A stretch of DNA of 45,899 nt from an uncultured Thermodesulfobacteriota bacterium (GTDB taxonomy: Bacteria > Desulfobacterota > B13-G15 > RBG-16-54-18), in assembly GCA_964519535.1 (NCBI GenBank), contig CAZFIR010000086.1:1-45899 (forward strand). The letters run 5' to 3'. This document shows positions 16,744 through 26,669 of the stretch, piece by piece (position 1 is the stretch's first letter; each line of letters starts with the position of its first letter). The notes beneath the pieces are model-generated. The model worked only from the letters and a program-made list of their open reading frames with translations. It had not been told where the DNA came from and made no database searches. The translations under genes and the position numbers were made by a program.

Positions 16744-16771
16744 ATAATATCACATTAATTACATATGTCAA
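16744..16771 (-). promoter_or_regulatory. Sigma70-type (extended -10) promoter of the cargo operon inside the right inverted repeat
   Basis: Minus-sense TTGACA, 16-nt spacer, TATTAT, with TG one base upstream of the -10 (TGATATTAT). Confidence 0.5.
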
Positions 16772-16793
16772 GGGGATAAACGCGTAATATTAT
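16762..16793. repeat. Right inverted repeat of the IS1595-type element
   Basis: CATATGTCAAGGGGATAA-N5-TAATATTAT is the reverse complement of the left repeat; contains the -35 box of the cargo promoter. Confidence 0.6.
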
Positions 16794-16889
16794 CCATAAA
16801 AGGGAGCAATCATTAGTCACGCGGTGCAAAATGGCCTATAAAAAATGCGATTTATACAGATTATTGTGCGCAAAGACTGAGCAACCTTC

Positions 16890-16917
16890 TTGACTTTTTG
16901 GTTTATGATGTTATACT
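16890..16917 (+). promoter_or_regulatory. Sigma70-type promoter upstream of yqeY
   Basis: TTGACT (16890-16895), 16-nt spacer, TATACT (16912-16917). Confidence 0.45.
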
Positions 16918-16955
16918 TGAGAGTTTAAAGAAATAGGGTTTTTGGGCAGGGGCCT

Positions 16956-17402
16956 ATGGGGATAAAAGAGAGATTACAGGATGCAATGAAGAGCGCCGCC
17001 AAAGAAAAGGCCAAGGCGAGGCTCTCGACCCTTCGTTTGGCCCTGGCGGCTGTACAGAACAAGGAGAAGGAGCTCAGGGAGGAATTATCGGAGCAGGAAG
17101 CAATCCAGGTAATCTCGGGATTGATAAAGAAGGGCAAGGAATCCATAGAGCAGTTTAAGGCTGGTCAGCGGGCAGATCTGGTGGCCAAGGAAGAGCAGGA
17201 GATAACAGTCCTCCAGGCCTTTCTACCTGAACAGCTCACCCCGGAAGAGCTGGAGGTGGAGATCTCAAAGGCGATTGAGGAGGCAGGGGCCTCCACGCCT
17301 CAAGATATGGGGAAGGTAATGAAAATCCTGATGCCCCAGGTTGCCGGCAGGGCTGAGGGAAAGGTGGTCAACGAGCTGATTCGCAAGAGGCTTTCGGGGT
17401 AA
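16956..17402 (+). CDS. yqeY: GatB/YqeY domain protein
   Basis: IKERLQDAMKSAAKEKAKARLSTLRLALAAVQNKEKE .. GKVMKILMPQVAGRAEGKVVNELIRKRL is typical of YqeY. Confidence 0.88.
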   Translation: MGIKERLQDAMKSAAKEKAKARLSTLRLALAAVQNKEKELREELSEQEAIQVISGLIKKGKESIEQFKAGQRADLVAKEEQEITVLQAFLPEQLTPEELEVEISKAIEEAGASTPQDMGKVMKILMPQVAGRAEGKVVNELIRKRLSG

Positions 17403-17525
17403 TCAAGCGACCCCACTATCGCGCTCGCAGTAATCAGATCACGTGATCCGAAACGTCACAGCAGGTACGTAATACCTAAATCGCCAAGGGGAAACGCCTC
17501 GTATCCACTTGGAAATCACTCAAGG

Positions 17526-19889
17526 ATGGATGCCCACACTCTCTCCTCACTGGAGTATAACGAGATAGTGAGCCTCCTCAAAGGGTTTACCGCTTCCGAG
17601 CTGGGCGAAAGGGAATGTGCGTTAATTCGTCCCCTTTCCGATCCCCAGCAGGTAGCGGGGCTCCTCGGGGAGGTAACAGCCCTCAAGGAGGTCCTGGAAG
17701 GAGAGGCCGATCTTCCCTTGTACGGGATGACGGATATCGCTTCCATCCTCCAGCGCACCCGCATCGAGGGGGCCATACTTCCACCCTCAGAGCTTTTGGC
17801 AATAGCTGCTTCTGTTCGGGCATCCGGTTCTTTGAAGCGGTTTTTCCGAGAACTGGAGGAACGATTTGCGCCTTTGAAGGAGATAGGGGAGGAATTCTCC
17901 GCGCCGGGGCACCTGGCCCAAGAGATTGAGGGGGCCATCGGCCCGGGGGGGGAGATATACGATGAGGCCAGTCCCCTTCTGAAAGAGGTCAGGGGGAAGA
18001 TCAAGAAGGTCCGGGGGGTCATTCAGGAGCGGTTGGAAGCCCTCGTGCGCCGCAAGGAGTTACAGGAGGTCATCCAAGACGAGGTGATCACCCAACGGAA
18101 TGGCCGCTCGGTGATCCTGATCAGGGCAGATGCCAAGGGGCGGGTCAAGGGGATCGTGCACGACTACTCCCAGTCCCGCATGAGCCTCTACGTGGAGCCC
18201 CTGGAGGTGGTGGAGCGCAACAATGAGCTCAATGTCCTGATGCGAGAGGAGCGGGAGGAGGAAGAAAAGATCCTCAGGAGGTTGGCCGCTCTGGTGCAAG
18301 AGCACCGGGAGGAGCTTCTCCACGACCTTGCGCTGCAGGCGAGGGTGGATGCCATCTATGCCAAGGCCAGGTTGAGCATCTATCTCAATGGGGTCCCGCC
18401 CGCCTTAAACACCGACGGGCGGGTTATGCTCATGGCAGCGCGACACCCCCTTTTGATCCAGGCCCACCAGGAGGAGCGGGGGGATGAGGTAGTCCCCATC
18501 GATCTGCACCTGAACCCCGGTCAGAGGATCCTCATAATCAGCGGGGCCAACACCGGGGGCAAGACCGTGGCCCTGAAGACCCTCGGTCTCCTGACCCTGA
18601 TGGCTTGCGCGGGATTGCACATCCCCGCTGCCCCGGACAGTGAGGTGAACCTCTTTTCCGCAATCTTCGCCTCTATCGGCGATGAGCAAAATCTCCAGGA
18701 ACATCTCAGTACCTTCTCTTCTTTTGTCCAGTGGCTGAATCGCGTCGTGGATAGGATTGACGATACTACCCTGCTCCTCATAGACGAAATCGGGGTCGGG
18801 ACAGAGTACTCCCAGGGGGCGGCCCTGGCCATGGGGCTCTTGGATTACATCAGGCAGCGAGGCGGATATGCCGTGGTGACCAGTCACTTCAACCCCCTGA
18901 AGGCCTATGCCTATCGTCATGATGCAGTGGCCAATGTCGCGGTAGAGTTTGATGAAGAGACCCTCAAACCCACCTATCGGCTCCTCTATGGGAGGCCGGG
19001 GACGAGCCAGACCCTCCTCATTGCCCAGAGGCTGGGTCTCAAGGGAGAGATCTTGGATGGGGCACGGGGTTATCAGGATGAAGTCCACGGCCAGCTGGAG
19101 GAGCTCATGGCGGAGTTGGAGCGCCTGCACCGTGACCTGGAAGGGGAGCGGGCCGAGGCAGCCCGGGCAAAAGAGGAGGCCGCAGGGAGTCGGGAGCGCC
19201 TGCGCCGGGCCGCCGAAGAGATCAAGGAGAGAAAGTCCAAGATTATCGAGAGGACCGAGGAAGAGGGCAGGAGGATCATTAATTCCTTGGAATCTCAGCT
19301 CAGGGAGGTCTTGAAGGAGGCCGAGGAGGGGAAAGCGCGGGCGCCTGTTTTAAAAGGAGAGGCCAAGCGGATCAGAGAGGACTTCATGGGCCACTTTCCC
19401 AAGGCACGAAAGCGGGGAGGGGATGAAGAGATCCTTAAAGGTGACCTGGTAGAGGTCATAACCCTGGGCAAGGAGGGGGTGGTGGTGGGACTTTCCTATG
19501 ATCCCCCTCGAGCAGAGGTGTCCATTGGCGGCATACGGGTCAAGGCCCCGGTGGATGAGTTGAGCTTCATCTCCCGAGGGGAAGCACCAGGGCACAAACA
19601 GGAGCAAGCGGCCCTCCACGTCGCCCTGGAATCATCGGGTGGCGCTGTCCTCGAAGAGTTGAATGTGATCGGCCTGAGGGTAGATGAGGCCCTCCCCAAG
19701 GTTGACAAATTTCTCGACGACGCCCTTGTGAGGGAGTATGACCGGGTCCACATCATTCATGGTATAGGGTCCGGCAAGCTGAGAGAAGCAATCCAGGGAC
19801 ATCTCAAAGGTCATAGGTGGGTGAAGGATTTCAGAGAAGGCGGACTCAAGGAAGGTGGCCTGGCGGTCACCGTTGTTGAGTTGCGATAG
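17526..19889 (+). CDS. mutS2: Endonuclease MutS2 (MutS domain V ATPase + C-terminal Smr)
   Basis: 787 aa. Walker A GANTGGKT, DEIGVGTE and a C-terminal Smr domain (LNVIGLRVDEAL..HIIHGIGSGKLREAI). Confidence 0.93.
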   Translation: MDAHTLSSLEYNEIVSLLKGFTASELGERECALIRPLSDPQQVAGLLGEVTALKEVLEGEADLPLYGMTDIASILQRTRIEGAILPPSELLAIAASVRASGSLKRFFRELEERFAPLKEIGEEFSAPGHLAQEIEGAIGPGGEIYDEASPLLKEVRGKIKKVRGVIQERLEALVRRKELQEVIQDEVITQRNGRSVILIRADAKGRVKGIVHDYSQSRMSLYVEPLEVVERNNELNVLMREEREEEEKILRRLAALVQEHREELLHDLALQARVDAIYAKARLSIYLNGVPPALNTDGRVMLMAARHPLLIQAHQEERGDEVVPIDLHLNPGQRILIISGANTGGKTVALKTLGLLTLMACAGLHIPAAPDSEVNLFSAIFASIGDEQNLQEHLSTFSSFVQWLNRVVDRIDDTTLLLIDEIGVGTEYSQGAALAMGLLDYIRQRGGYAVVTSHFNPLKAYAYRHDAVANVAVEFDEETLKPTYRLLYGRPGTSQTLLIAQRLGLKGEILDGARGYQDEVHGQLEELMAELERLHRDLEGERAEAARAKEEAAGSRERLRRAAEEIKERKSKIIERTEEEGRRIINSLESQLREVLKEAEEGKARAPVLKGEAKRIREDFMGHFPKARKRGGDEEILKGDLVEVITLGKEGVVVGLSYDPPRAEVSIGGIRVKAPVDELSFISRGEAPGHKQEQAALHVALESSGGAVLEELNVIGLRVDEALPKVDKFLDDALVREYDRVHIIHGIGSGKLREAIQGHLKGHRWVKDFREGGLKEGGLAVTVVELR

Positions 19890-19908
19890 GATGAGTTGAG
19901 GTGAGGCG

Positions 19909-21690
19909 ATGGCAGGGTTTATCCCCGATGAGGTCATAGAGGAGATCAGGGAGCGAGCGGATATCATCGAGGTTATCTCCGATCACATGGCCCTCAAAAA
20001 AGCAGGGAGGGACTACAAAGGGCTGTGTCCCTTTCATCAAGAAAAGACACCCTCCTTTGTGGTGAGCCCGGAGAAACAGCTTTTTCACTGCTTCGGATGC
20101 GGCGTCGGGGGAAACACCTTTACCTTTCTCATGAAGTACGAGCAGATATCCTTTGCAGAGGCGGCGAGGGCCCTGGCCCAGCGGTACGGAGTGCGGATCC
20201 CCGAGGTCAGGGTGATGGCCCAAGATCAGCGGAAGGAGAATCTTCGGCAGATCAACGCCATGACACTGGATTTTTACGCCCATTTCATCAGGGGGGAAAA
20301 AGGGGGGACGGTCGCCAGAGACTATCTGGAGCGCAGGGGTATAGAGCGGGGCGTTTGGGAGGAGTATGGGATCGGGTATGCACCCTCCGGATGGGATAAC
20401 CTGGTGACCCATCTTAAAAAGAAGGGGGTTAATGTGAAAGAGGCGGAGGCCCTTGGTCTTATCATCCCCAAGAAGGGGGGGTGGTATGATAGGTTTCGGG
20501 ACAGGATCATCTTTCCCATCTTTGACCTGCGGGACAACGTCATCGGGTTCGGGGGTCGGGTCTTGGGTGATGGTCTCGAGCCGAAATACCTCAACTCCCC
20601 GGAATCCATCCTGTATAAAAAGGGGGCGAGTTTTTATGGGTTGAATGTCGCCCGCAAGTATATTCAGCAAGAAGGAGGAAAGGTCTTCATTGTAGAAGGG
20701 TATTTCGATCTCCTCAGTATGGCGCAGCGTGGGGTGAAGAACGTAGTGGCCACCTTGGGGACAGCCCTCACCCCTGTGCAGGTACGGCTCGCGCGGAGAT
20801 TCGCAAAGGAGCTCTTTCTCCTCTTCGATCCAGATGAGGCTGGTAAAAAGGCGGCCCTCAGGGGTTTGGAGCTTTGTATCCAGGAGGACGCGTTTCCAAC
20901 GGTGATCCGCTTGCCCGACGGACTGGACCCCGACGGCTATTTCCAAAAGGGGGGTGACCCCCAGGCCTTGTGGTCGAGGGCGGTTCCGGGGGTAGAGTAC
21001 GCCATGGAGATGTTGATGGCGGGGCATGACCGGGGCACGGTGGAGGGCCGAGTCAAGGCGGTGCATGCCGTCCTTCCCTTCCTCCTCAAGATCAAAGATG
21101 GGGTGCACAGAGGTCTTTATCTTAAGCGCCTCGCGGAGAAGAGCGGGGTGCGGCAAGGGGAGATTCTTGACGCAGCCCGCACCATGCGTAAAGGTCCCAC
21201 AAAAGGAGCAGCGCAGGAGCCGATCACCAGGATACACGTGTCGACGGGAAAGACGCTGGTGCAGATGATGATTCAGAATCCCAAACTCATCTCTTTCGTG
21301 ATTGAGGAGGGGGTAGTGGAAGGTCTTGAGGACCACGACCTTCGGTCCATCGCTGAATTGGTGATCCGTGATCTCCAACGCCACGGCGATCTCTCCTTGG
21401 ACAGATTGGCCCCCACCTTGGAAGAGCGGGGGTTGAGCGAGATCGCTTTCTCTCTGGCTTTTCAGGAAGAAGAGATGGAGGAAGGAATAGCGGAAAGGAT
21501 CATAAAGGACTGTCTTCTCAAGTTGAAGATGAAGGCACTGAAGCGACAGCAGGAGGGGCTCAACAAGAGGATCAAGGAGGCGGAAACTAAGAGAGATGAG
21601 GCACTATTGAATTCTCTTTTTTTGAGTATGGAGACCCTGAATACTCAAATCCGTAAGCTCCAAAAAGCGGGGTCGAAGGTGTCTTCATGA
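19909..21690 (+). CDS. dnaG: DNA primase
   Basis: Zinc-finger region [30 protein letters not shown]; Toprim region [21 protein letters not shown]. Confidence 0.95.
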   Translation: MAGFIPDEVIEEIRERADIIEVISDHMALKKAGRDYKGLCPFHQEKTPSFVVSPEKQLFHCFGCGVGGNTFTFLMKYEQISFAEAARALAQRYGVRIPEVRVMAQDQRKENLRQINAMTLDFYAHFIRGEKGGTVARDYLERRGIERGVWEEYGIGYAPSGWDNLVTHLKKKGVNVKEAEALGLIIPKKGGWYDRFRDRIIFPIFDLRDNVIGFGGRVLGDGLEPKYLNSPESILYKKGASFYGLNVARKYIQQEGGKVFIVEGYFDLLSMAQRGVKNVVATLGTALTPVQVRLARRFAKELFLLFDPDEAGKKAALRGLELCIQEDAFPTVIRLPDGLDPDGYFQKGGDPQALWSRAVPGVEYAMEMLMAGHDRGTVEGRVKAVHAVLPFLLKIKDGVHRGLYLKRLAEKSGVRQGEILDAARTMRKGPTKGAAQEPITRIHVSTGKTLVQMMIQNPKLISFVIEEGVVEGLEDHDLRSIAELVIRDLQRHGDLSLDRLAPTLEERGLSEIAFSLAFQEEEMEEGIAERIIKDCLLKLKMKALKRQQEGLNKRIKEAETKRDEALLNSLFLSMETLNTQIRKLQKAGSKVSS

Positions 21691-23420
21691 CCGGCGACGG
21701 CCGAAACAAATGGAGCACTATACGTAAGAAGAAAGGAGTTATGACCTTGAAAAATAAAGGGGTTTTTGATTTTGAAGAGGTTGGTGAGATCATGAAAGCG
21801 GAAGATGTCTCCTCTGACCAGCTGGAAGATATGTTGTCGATGTTCAACGAGATGGACATCGAGGTGGTCGACGAAGACGAGGGAACGAGCACACAGAAGG
21901 TCGAGGAGGACTTTGTCGAAGAGGAACGTGTAGAGGAGATTGAAGATCTCGATCTCATCGGCAGGACCAGTGATCCCGTGCGCTTATACCTCCGAGAGAT
22001 GGGGCGCGTGTCACTCTTGACCAGAGAAGGAGAAGTGGCCATCGCCAAGAGGATAGAGTATGGGAAAAAAGAGGTCATCAGGGTCATTCTTAACTGCCCC
22101 ATGACAGTGAAGGAAGTGCTGAACATAGGGGAAGGGGTTCGTCAAGGAAGGATCGACATCAGGAATGTTACCAATGAGGTTGAGGATGACGAAGGCTACG
22201 CCGAGGAGAAGGAATTCTATAAAAATAAGATTATGAGGATTATAGGTCGGGTACGACGCCTTGATGACGAGATCCAGAGATTGAAAGCACAAGGCGATGC
22301 CGGCGAAGAAAAGCTGCAGAAAAAACGGGAGGAGATGGTTACGTTCCTCACCCAGATCAATCTCAAAGAGGCACAGATCGAGGCCGTTGTAGATAAAGTG
22401 AGGGGGTTGGTGCATCGAATCGAGAAGGCAGAGGAGGAGTTGGCCGCGGTAAGCAAGAAGGTCGGGGTGCCGGTACAGAAGTTGAGGGCCTTTCTTCGCG
22501 AGGTGAAGAAGGACCCTGGGAGAAAGAAGTCCTTCTTCAAGCAGAAAAAAATGAGCGAAGAGGGGTTTGTGGAGCTGGCAAAGGGTGTAAGGAATACCTA
22601 TCGCAAGTTTCAGCGGATCGAACAGGAAGCCGGGCTTTCCGCGCTGGAGTTGAAGAGGGCCATTGAGGGTATCCGTAGGGGAGAATGTACGGCCAAAGAG
22701 GCGAAAAATGAATTGGTGAGGGCAAACCTGCGGCTGGTGGTGAGCATCGCCAAGAAATACACCAACCGGGGGCTTCAGTTTCTCGATCTTATTCAAGAGG
22801 GCAATATCGGGCTCATGAAGGCCGTGGATAAGTTTGAGTATGCTCGAGGCTACAAGTTCAGCACCTATGCCACGTGGTGGATTCGACAGGCCATCACCAG
22901 GGCAATAGCCGATCAGGCGAGGACCATCAGGATCCCTGTGCATATGATCGAAACTATCAATAAGTTAATCAGAACATCGCGCTATCTCGTTCAAGAATTG
23001 GGGCGAGAGCCGCACCCCGAGGAGATCGGCGAGAGGATGGAACTGCCCGTGGAGAAGGTGCGCAAGATTCTCAAGATAGCCAAAGAACCCATTTCGCTGG
23101 AGACCCCCATCGGGGAAGATGAGGACAGCCATCTGGGGGACTTCATCGAAGACAAAAAGGCCGTCTTACCCGGCGAGGCCATGATCGTCAAAAACCTCGT
23201 GGAACAGGTCCAGAGGGTCTTGTCCACCCTTACCCCTCGGGAGGAGAAGGTCTTACGGATGAGATTTGGCATCGGGGAAAAATACGATCACACCCTGGAG
23301 GAAGTGGGGCAGGATTTCTCCGTCACCAGGGAGCGGATCCGCCAGATCGAGGCCAAATCCTTGCGCAAGCTGCGCCACCCCAGCAGGAGTAAACGATTGA
23401 AGAGCTTTGTGGATAATTAA
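21687..23420 (+). CDS. rpoD: RNA polymerase sigma factor RpoD (sigma70)
   Basis: Region 2 ([51 protein letters not shown]) and region 4 ([28 protein letters not shown]). ATG 21687 overlaps the dnaG stop (ATGA); alternative ATG at 21741. Confidence 0.95.
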   Translation: MTGDGRNKWSTIRKKKGVMTLKNKGVFDFEEVGEIMKAEDVSSDQLEDMLSMFNEMDIEVVDEDEGTSTQKVEEDFVEEERVEEIEDLDLIGRTSDPVRLYLREMGRVSLLTREGEVAIAKRIEYGKKEVIRVILNCPMTVKEVLNIGEGVRQGRIDIRNVTNEVEDDEGYAEEKEFYKNKIMRIIGRVRRLDDEIQRLKAQGDAGEEKLQKKREEMVTFLTQINLKEAQIEAVVDKVRGLVHRIEKAEEELAAVSKKVGVPVQKLRAFLREVKKDPGRKKSFFKQKKMSEEGFVELAKGVRNTYRKFQRIEQEAGLSALELKRAIEGIRRGECTAKEAKNELVRANLRLVVSIAKKYTNRGLQFLDLIQEGNIGLMKAVDKFEYARGYKFSTYATWWIRQAITRAIADQARTIRIPVHMIETINKLIRTSRYLVQELGREPHPEEIGERMELPVEKVRKILKIAKEPISLETPIGEDEDSHLGDFIEDKKAVLPGEAMIVKNLVEQVQRVLSTLTPREEKVLRMRFGIGEKYDHTLEEVGQDFSVTRERIRQIEAKSLRKLRHPSRSKRLKSFVDN

Positions 23421-23453
23421 GAGGTTATTGAAAAATGGTTTTTCAGCAGTCTG

Positions 23454-24716
23454 TTAAGGAGATCCCCCTCCCACCCGCCTGACCATTTCCTCGAAGATGG
23501 AAGGGATGGGGATCTCTTCCTGTTTCCCCTCTTGCATGTCCCGCAGGATCGCCTGTCCGGTACGCTGCTCGTCCTCACCGATGATCAGCACATAGCGAGC
23601 GCCGAATTTATCAGCCCTGCGCATCTGCGCCTTGAGGCTGCGCCCTTCATAGTCGATCATCGTCCTCACCCCGGCTCGGTTCAGCCTATGGCTCAAGCTG
23701 AAGGCCTCCCTTTGGGGTCCTTTCCCCAACGCGGCGACGAACAACGACGGACCAGGGGGGACTGACTCATCAGGCAGAATGAGCAGAAGGCGTTCCATGC
23801 CAATAGCAAATCCGATACCGGGGATATCCGGCCCCCCCAATTCCGCTACAAGGTGATCGTATCTGCCGCCGGCGGCCACAGCGTTTTGTGCCCCTAACCC
23901 CCCTGCCACCACTTCAAAGGCGGTCTTGGTGTAGTAGTCCAACCCCCGCACCATTCTGGGGTTTATCTCATACGGGACGTCAAGGACATCCAGATATCCT
24001 TTCACCCCGGCAAAATGCTCGGTGCATTCCGTGCAGAGATGGTCTCCAATAAGGGGAGCCTCTGTCATAACCTCCTGACAGCCCTGGACCTTGCAGTCGA
24101 AGGCCCGCAGGGGGTTGTGCCCCATTCTTCTGCGGCAATCCTCACAGAGGTGAGGGAGGTGATCGCCGAGGAAGGCCCGCAGGATCTCTTTGTAGGGGAG
24201 ACGGCAACGGGGGCACCCGAGGGAGTTAATCTGTAATATGCACCCTTTGACCCCCACGATGGAGAGATAGTGCATCACGATGGCCATGACCTCGGCATCT
24301 ATCATGGGGTGGGAGATCCCAAAGACCTCCACATTGATCTGGTGAAACTGGCGATATCTCCCCTTCTGTGGCCTCTCATGCCTGAACATGGGGCCGATGG
24401 AGTAGAGCTTTGCCATTGGGTCAGCAGCGTACATCTTGTGCTCGATATAGGCACGCACAATGGAAGCGGTGGCCTCAGGGCGCATGGTAATACAATCTCC
24501 GCTGCGATCCTCAAAGATATACATCTCCTTCTCCACAATGTCCGTTTTCTCTCCAATGCTTCGCGAAAAGAGCGCCGCCTTTTCCAGGATGGGGATCCGT
24601 ATCTCAGAGAAACCGCACCCCTCCAAGACCTCCCGGGCACGTTCCTCCAATGCCCTCCATCGGTGGGTCGCAGGAGGCAGGATGTCACTAAACCCTCTAA
24701 TGGCCTTGATCGCCAC
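23454..24716 (-). CDS. hisS: Histidine--tRNA ligase
   Basis: IKAIRGFSDILP, MFRHERPQKGRYRQFHQ (class II motif 2) and GGRYD..GFAIGMERL (motif 3). GTG 24716 has GAAGGAG 5 nt upstream; the longest ORF reaches 24755. Confidence 0.93.
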   Translation of the reverse strand: MAIKAIRGFSDILPPATHRWRALEERAREVLEGCGFSEIRIPILEKAALFSRSIGEKTDIVEKEMYIFEDRSGDCITMRPEATASIVRAYIEHKMYAADPMAKLYSIGPMFRHERPQKGRYRQFHQINVEVFGISHPMIDAEVMAIVMHYLSIVGVKGCILQINSLGCPRCRLPYKEILRAFLGDHLPHLCEDCRRRMGHNPLRAFDCKVQGCQEVMTEAPLIGDHLCTECTEHFAGVKGYLDVLDVPYEINPRMVRGLDYYTKTAFEVVAGGLGAQNAVAAGGRYDHLVAELGGPDIPGIGFAIGMERLLLILPDESVPPGPSLFVAALGKGPQREAFSLSHRLNRAGVRTMIDYEGRSLKAQMRRADKFGARYVLIIGEDEQRTGQAILRDMQEGKQEEIPIPSIFEEMVRRVGGGSP

Positions 24717-24829
24717 CGCATCTCCTTCTGAAAGGTATTTTCTCGGGAAGATCACTAAGCTTTTTATACCAAAGAGGGGGAAAAGTCAAACCGCACCCAA
24801 CACCACATCTCGAATACCATATCGGCTAG

Positions 24830-24844
24830 TGACAAAAAATGTCA
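24830..24844. promoter_or_regulatory. Candidate enhancer-binding-protein site (UAS) TGACA-N5-TGTCA
   Basis: Perfect palindrome. The 12-mer AGTGACAAAAAA (24828-24839) recurs at 26507-26518, and its start is 118/119 nt from the GG of a sigma54-type -24 box. Confidence 0.4.
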
Positions 24845-24944
24845 GAACGGTGGCATTAACCAGACGCCTGCCTCTACTCAATGTTGAAAGATCTTTAACA
24901 TTTTGTTTTTTAAAGACTTTTTCTTAAAAAAATAATTGTACATT

Positions 24945-24960
24945 TGGCATAAAAAATGCT
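24945..24960 (+). promoter_or_regulatory. Sigma54-type promoter (-24/-12) upstream of the PAS-GGDEF gene
   Basis: TGGCATAAAAAATGCT: GG (24946-47), 10 nt, GC (24958-59); fits TGGCAC-N5-TTGCW. Confidence 0.5.
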
Positions 24961-25041
24961 GATGGATCACTAGGGGTAGGCGTATCTTTTTGGCATCGCA
25001 TGAAGCGGAAGTCCTGACTTCTCGAAACCGAGGTTGCGGCA

Positions 25042-26379
25042 ATGCCTGGGACGAAAGATCACGATAAGACGAAAGGGCAGTTAATAAGAGAATTGGCAGA
25101 GCTGCGCCAGCGGATTGCTGAATTGGAAAAATCAGAGGCGGTATTGGAGAAAGAAGCCATCCTCAACACATTGGTGGAGCATGTTATACACGAAGACAGA
25201 GAGATGAAGATTCTTTGGGCCAACGGGGCCGCATGTGATTCAGCGGGTTTGTCCTGTGAGGAACTGATAGGGCGCCATTGTTATGAAATATGGCCGAAGC
25301 GCAGCGATCCTTGTCCGGACTGCCCAGTTATGAAGGCTATGGAAACAGGGCAGCTCCAGGAAATGGAGAAGATGACCTCGGACGGGAGGTTCTGGTTCAT
25401 ACGAGGCTATCCACTACGAGATGAGAAAGACAATATAGTAGGTGGAATTGAGTTTACACTCGAAATTACCGAGCGCAAGCGGGCAGAAGATGCGCTGCGG
25501 GAGTCAGAGGAAAAGTATCGTTCTTTGGTAGAATTTACCGAGGATCCCGTATACCTGGTAAACAGGCAGAAACAATACCTATTTATGAACGCAGCATATC
25601 TCGCCCGGCTTGGTTTGCCGCGTGATCACGTCATCGGGAAGACGTATGGAGAGTTTCACTCTTGTGAAGAAACCCAGGTATTTTCTGAGTATATTGAACA
25701 GGTGTTTAAATCCGCTCGGTTTGTCCAATATGAGCACGAAAGCCGAAGAGATGACAAATACTTTCTCAGGACGTTAAGCCCGGTGAAGGAACCCGATGGG
25801 AGTATCGAGGCGTTAACGGTGATTTCAAAAGATATCACAGAACGCAAGCGGGCGGAAGAGGAACTCACCTACATGGCCACCCACGATTCTCTCACCGGCT
25901 TGCCCAACCGTATGCTGTTCAGTGACCGTCTTGCACAGGCACTTGCCCAGGCACATCGCCGTAAGAAGAAGTTTGCCGTGATGCTGCTCGATCTGGACCA
26001 TTTTAAGGACGTTAATGATTCGCTGGGACACAGCGTAGGAGATCAGTTGTTGCGTGCCGTCGGCAATCGTCTGAGAGGACTTTTGCGCAAAGGAGATACC
26101 ATCGCCCGCGTCGGAGGAGACGAATTCCTCCTACTTGTATCCGAGATAGCCCGACTTAAAGATGTCAAGACCGTCGCCCAAAAAATTCTGGATGCCTTTC
26201 AAAAGTCCGTTGTCTTTGATTCTCACACACTCCAGATTTCCGCCAGCATTGGAGTTGCCATCTATCCCGATGATGGTGACAATGATGATACCTTACTGCA
26301 CCATGCCGACATCGCCATGTACCGAGCCAAGGAAAAGGGCCGAGGCAACTACCAGCGCTTCATCCCTCTACGGAGCTGA
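25042..26379 (+). CDS. PAS/PAS sensor diguanylate cyclase (GGDEF)
   Basis: Two PAS-like modules each followed by ITERKRAE linkers. GGDEF domain with I-site RKGD-x5-GGDEF (RVGGDEFLL). Confidence 0.9.
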   Translation: MPGTKDHDKTKGQLIRELAELRQRIAELEKSEAVLEKEAILNTLVEHVIHEDREMKILWANGAACDSAGLSCEELIGRHCYEIWPKRSDPCPDCPVMKAMETGQLQEMEKMTSDGRFWFIRGYPLRDEKDNIVGGIEFTLEITERKRAEDALRESEEKYRSLVEFTEDPVYLVNRQKQYLFMNAAYLARLGLPRDHVIGKTYGEFHSCEETQVFSEYIEQVFKSARFVQYEHESRRDDKYFLRTLSPVKEPDGSIEALTVISKDITERKRAEEELTYMATHDSLTGLPNRMLFSDRLAQALAQAHRRKKKFAVMLLDLDHFKDVNDSLGHSVGDQLLRAVGNRLRGLLRKGDTIARVGGDEFLLLVSEIARLKDVKTVAQKILDAFQKSVVFDSHTLQISASIGVAIYPDDGDNDDTLLHHADIAMYRAKEKGRGNYQRFIPLRS

Positions 26380-26508
26380 ACCCTTTCAATAGCGGTGGAG
26401 GCGAATCGAATAAAGACTTCTTATTGCTCGACGTGTGAGACGCATCTTCTCTCAGATCACAGGAGGAATATCTCTTCACCCCATCCTGCAAGCCACGGCA
26501 TTCTAAAG

Positions 26509-26523
26509 TGACAAAAAACGGCA
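26509..26523. promoter_or_regulatory. Second copy of the candidate UAS (TGACA-N5-CGGCA)
   Basis: Shares the 12-mer AGTGACAAAAAA with 24828-24839. The right half-site is degenerate. Confidence 0.35.
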
Positions 26524-26624
26524 CTTTCTTTGAGAATATATGCTTACTTTATGTTTATCTACCCCCCTTATCGTTATAACCCCCTAATTTTTAATGATTT
26601 TTCTGTCAAAAAAATCCCCAAGTT

Positions 26625-26640
26625 TGGCACAGAATCTGCT
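26625..26640 (+). promoter_or_regulatory. Sigma54-type promoter (-24/-12) upstream of the response-regulator cluster
   Basis: TGGCACAGAATCTGCT: GG (26626-27), 10 nt, GC (26638-39). Confidence 0.55.
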
Positions 26641-26669
26641 TAATCAAAAGAAGAACTAACGGAGTAACA

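Larger units (their letters stand above)
14053..16793. mobile_element. IS1595-family element with passenger genes (putative boundaries)
   Basis: Imperfect 32-bp inverted repeats ATAATATTA-N5-TTATCCCCTTGACATATG at 14053-14084 and, reverse-complemented, at 16762-16793 (27/32 identical, inner 18 bp perfect). The interior is AT-rich against GC-rich flanks. One IS1595-type transposase plus 4 ORFs on the other strand. No target-site duplication found. Confidence 0.5.

Noticed and set aside
14045-16801. Target-site duplication for the IS1595-type element
   Set aside because: The 8 nt outside the repeats (CGAATGAT versus CCATAAAA) do not match, and shifting the ends by a few bases does not help. The element boundaries therefore remain provisional.
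17437-17448. Perfect 12-bp palindrome GATCACGTGATC between yqeY and mutS2
   Set aside because: It is a single short palindrome with no second copy or promoter context, which is not enough to call an operator.
19867-21384. 505-aa ORF on the - strand
   Set aside because: Antisense shadow of dnaG. Pro/Leu/His-rich with no recognisable domain.
23421-23453. Possible bidirectional terminator between rpoD and hisS
   Set aside because: There is only a 7-bp all-A/T stem (TGAAAAA/TTTTTCA) with a 3-nt loop. This is too weak to call.
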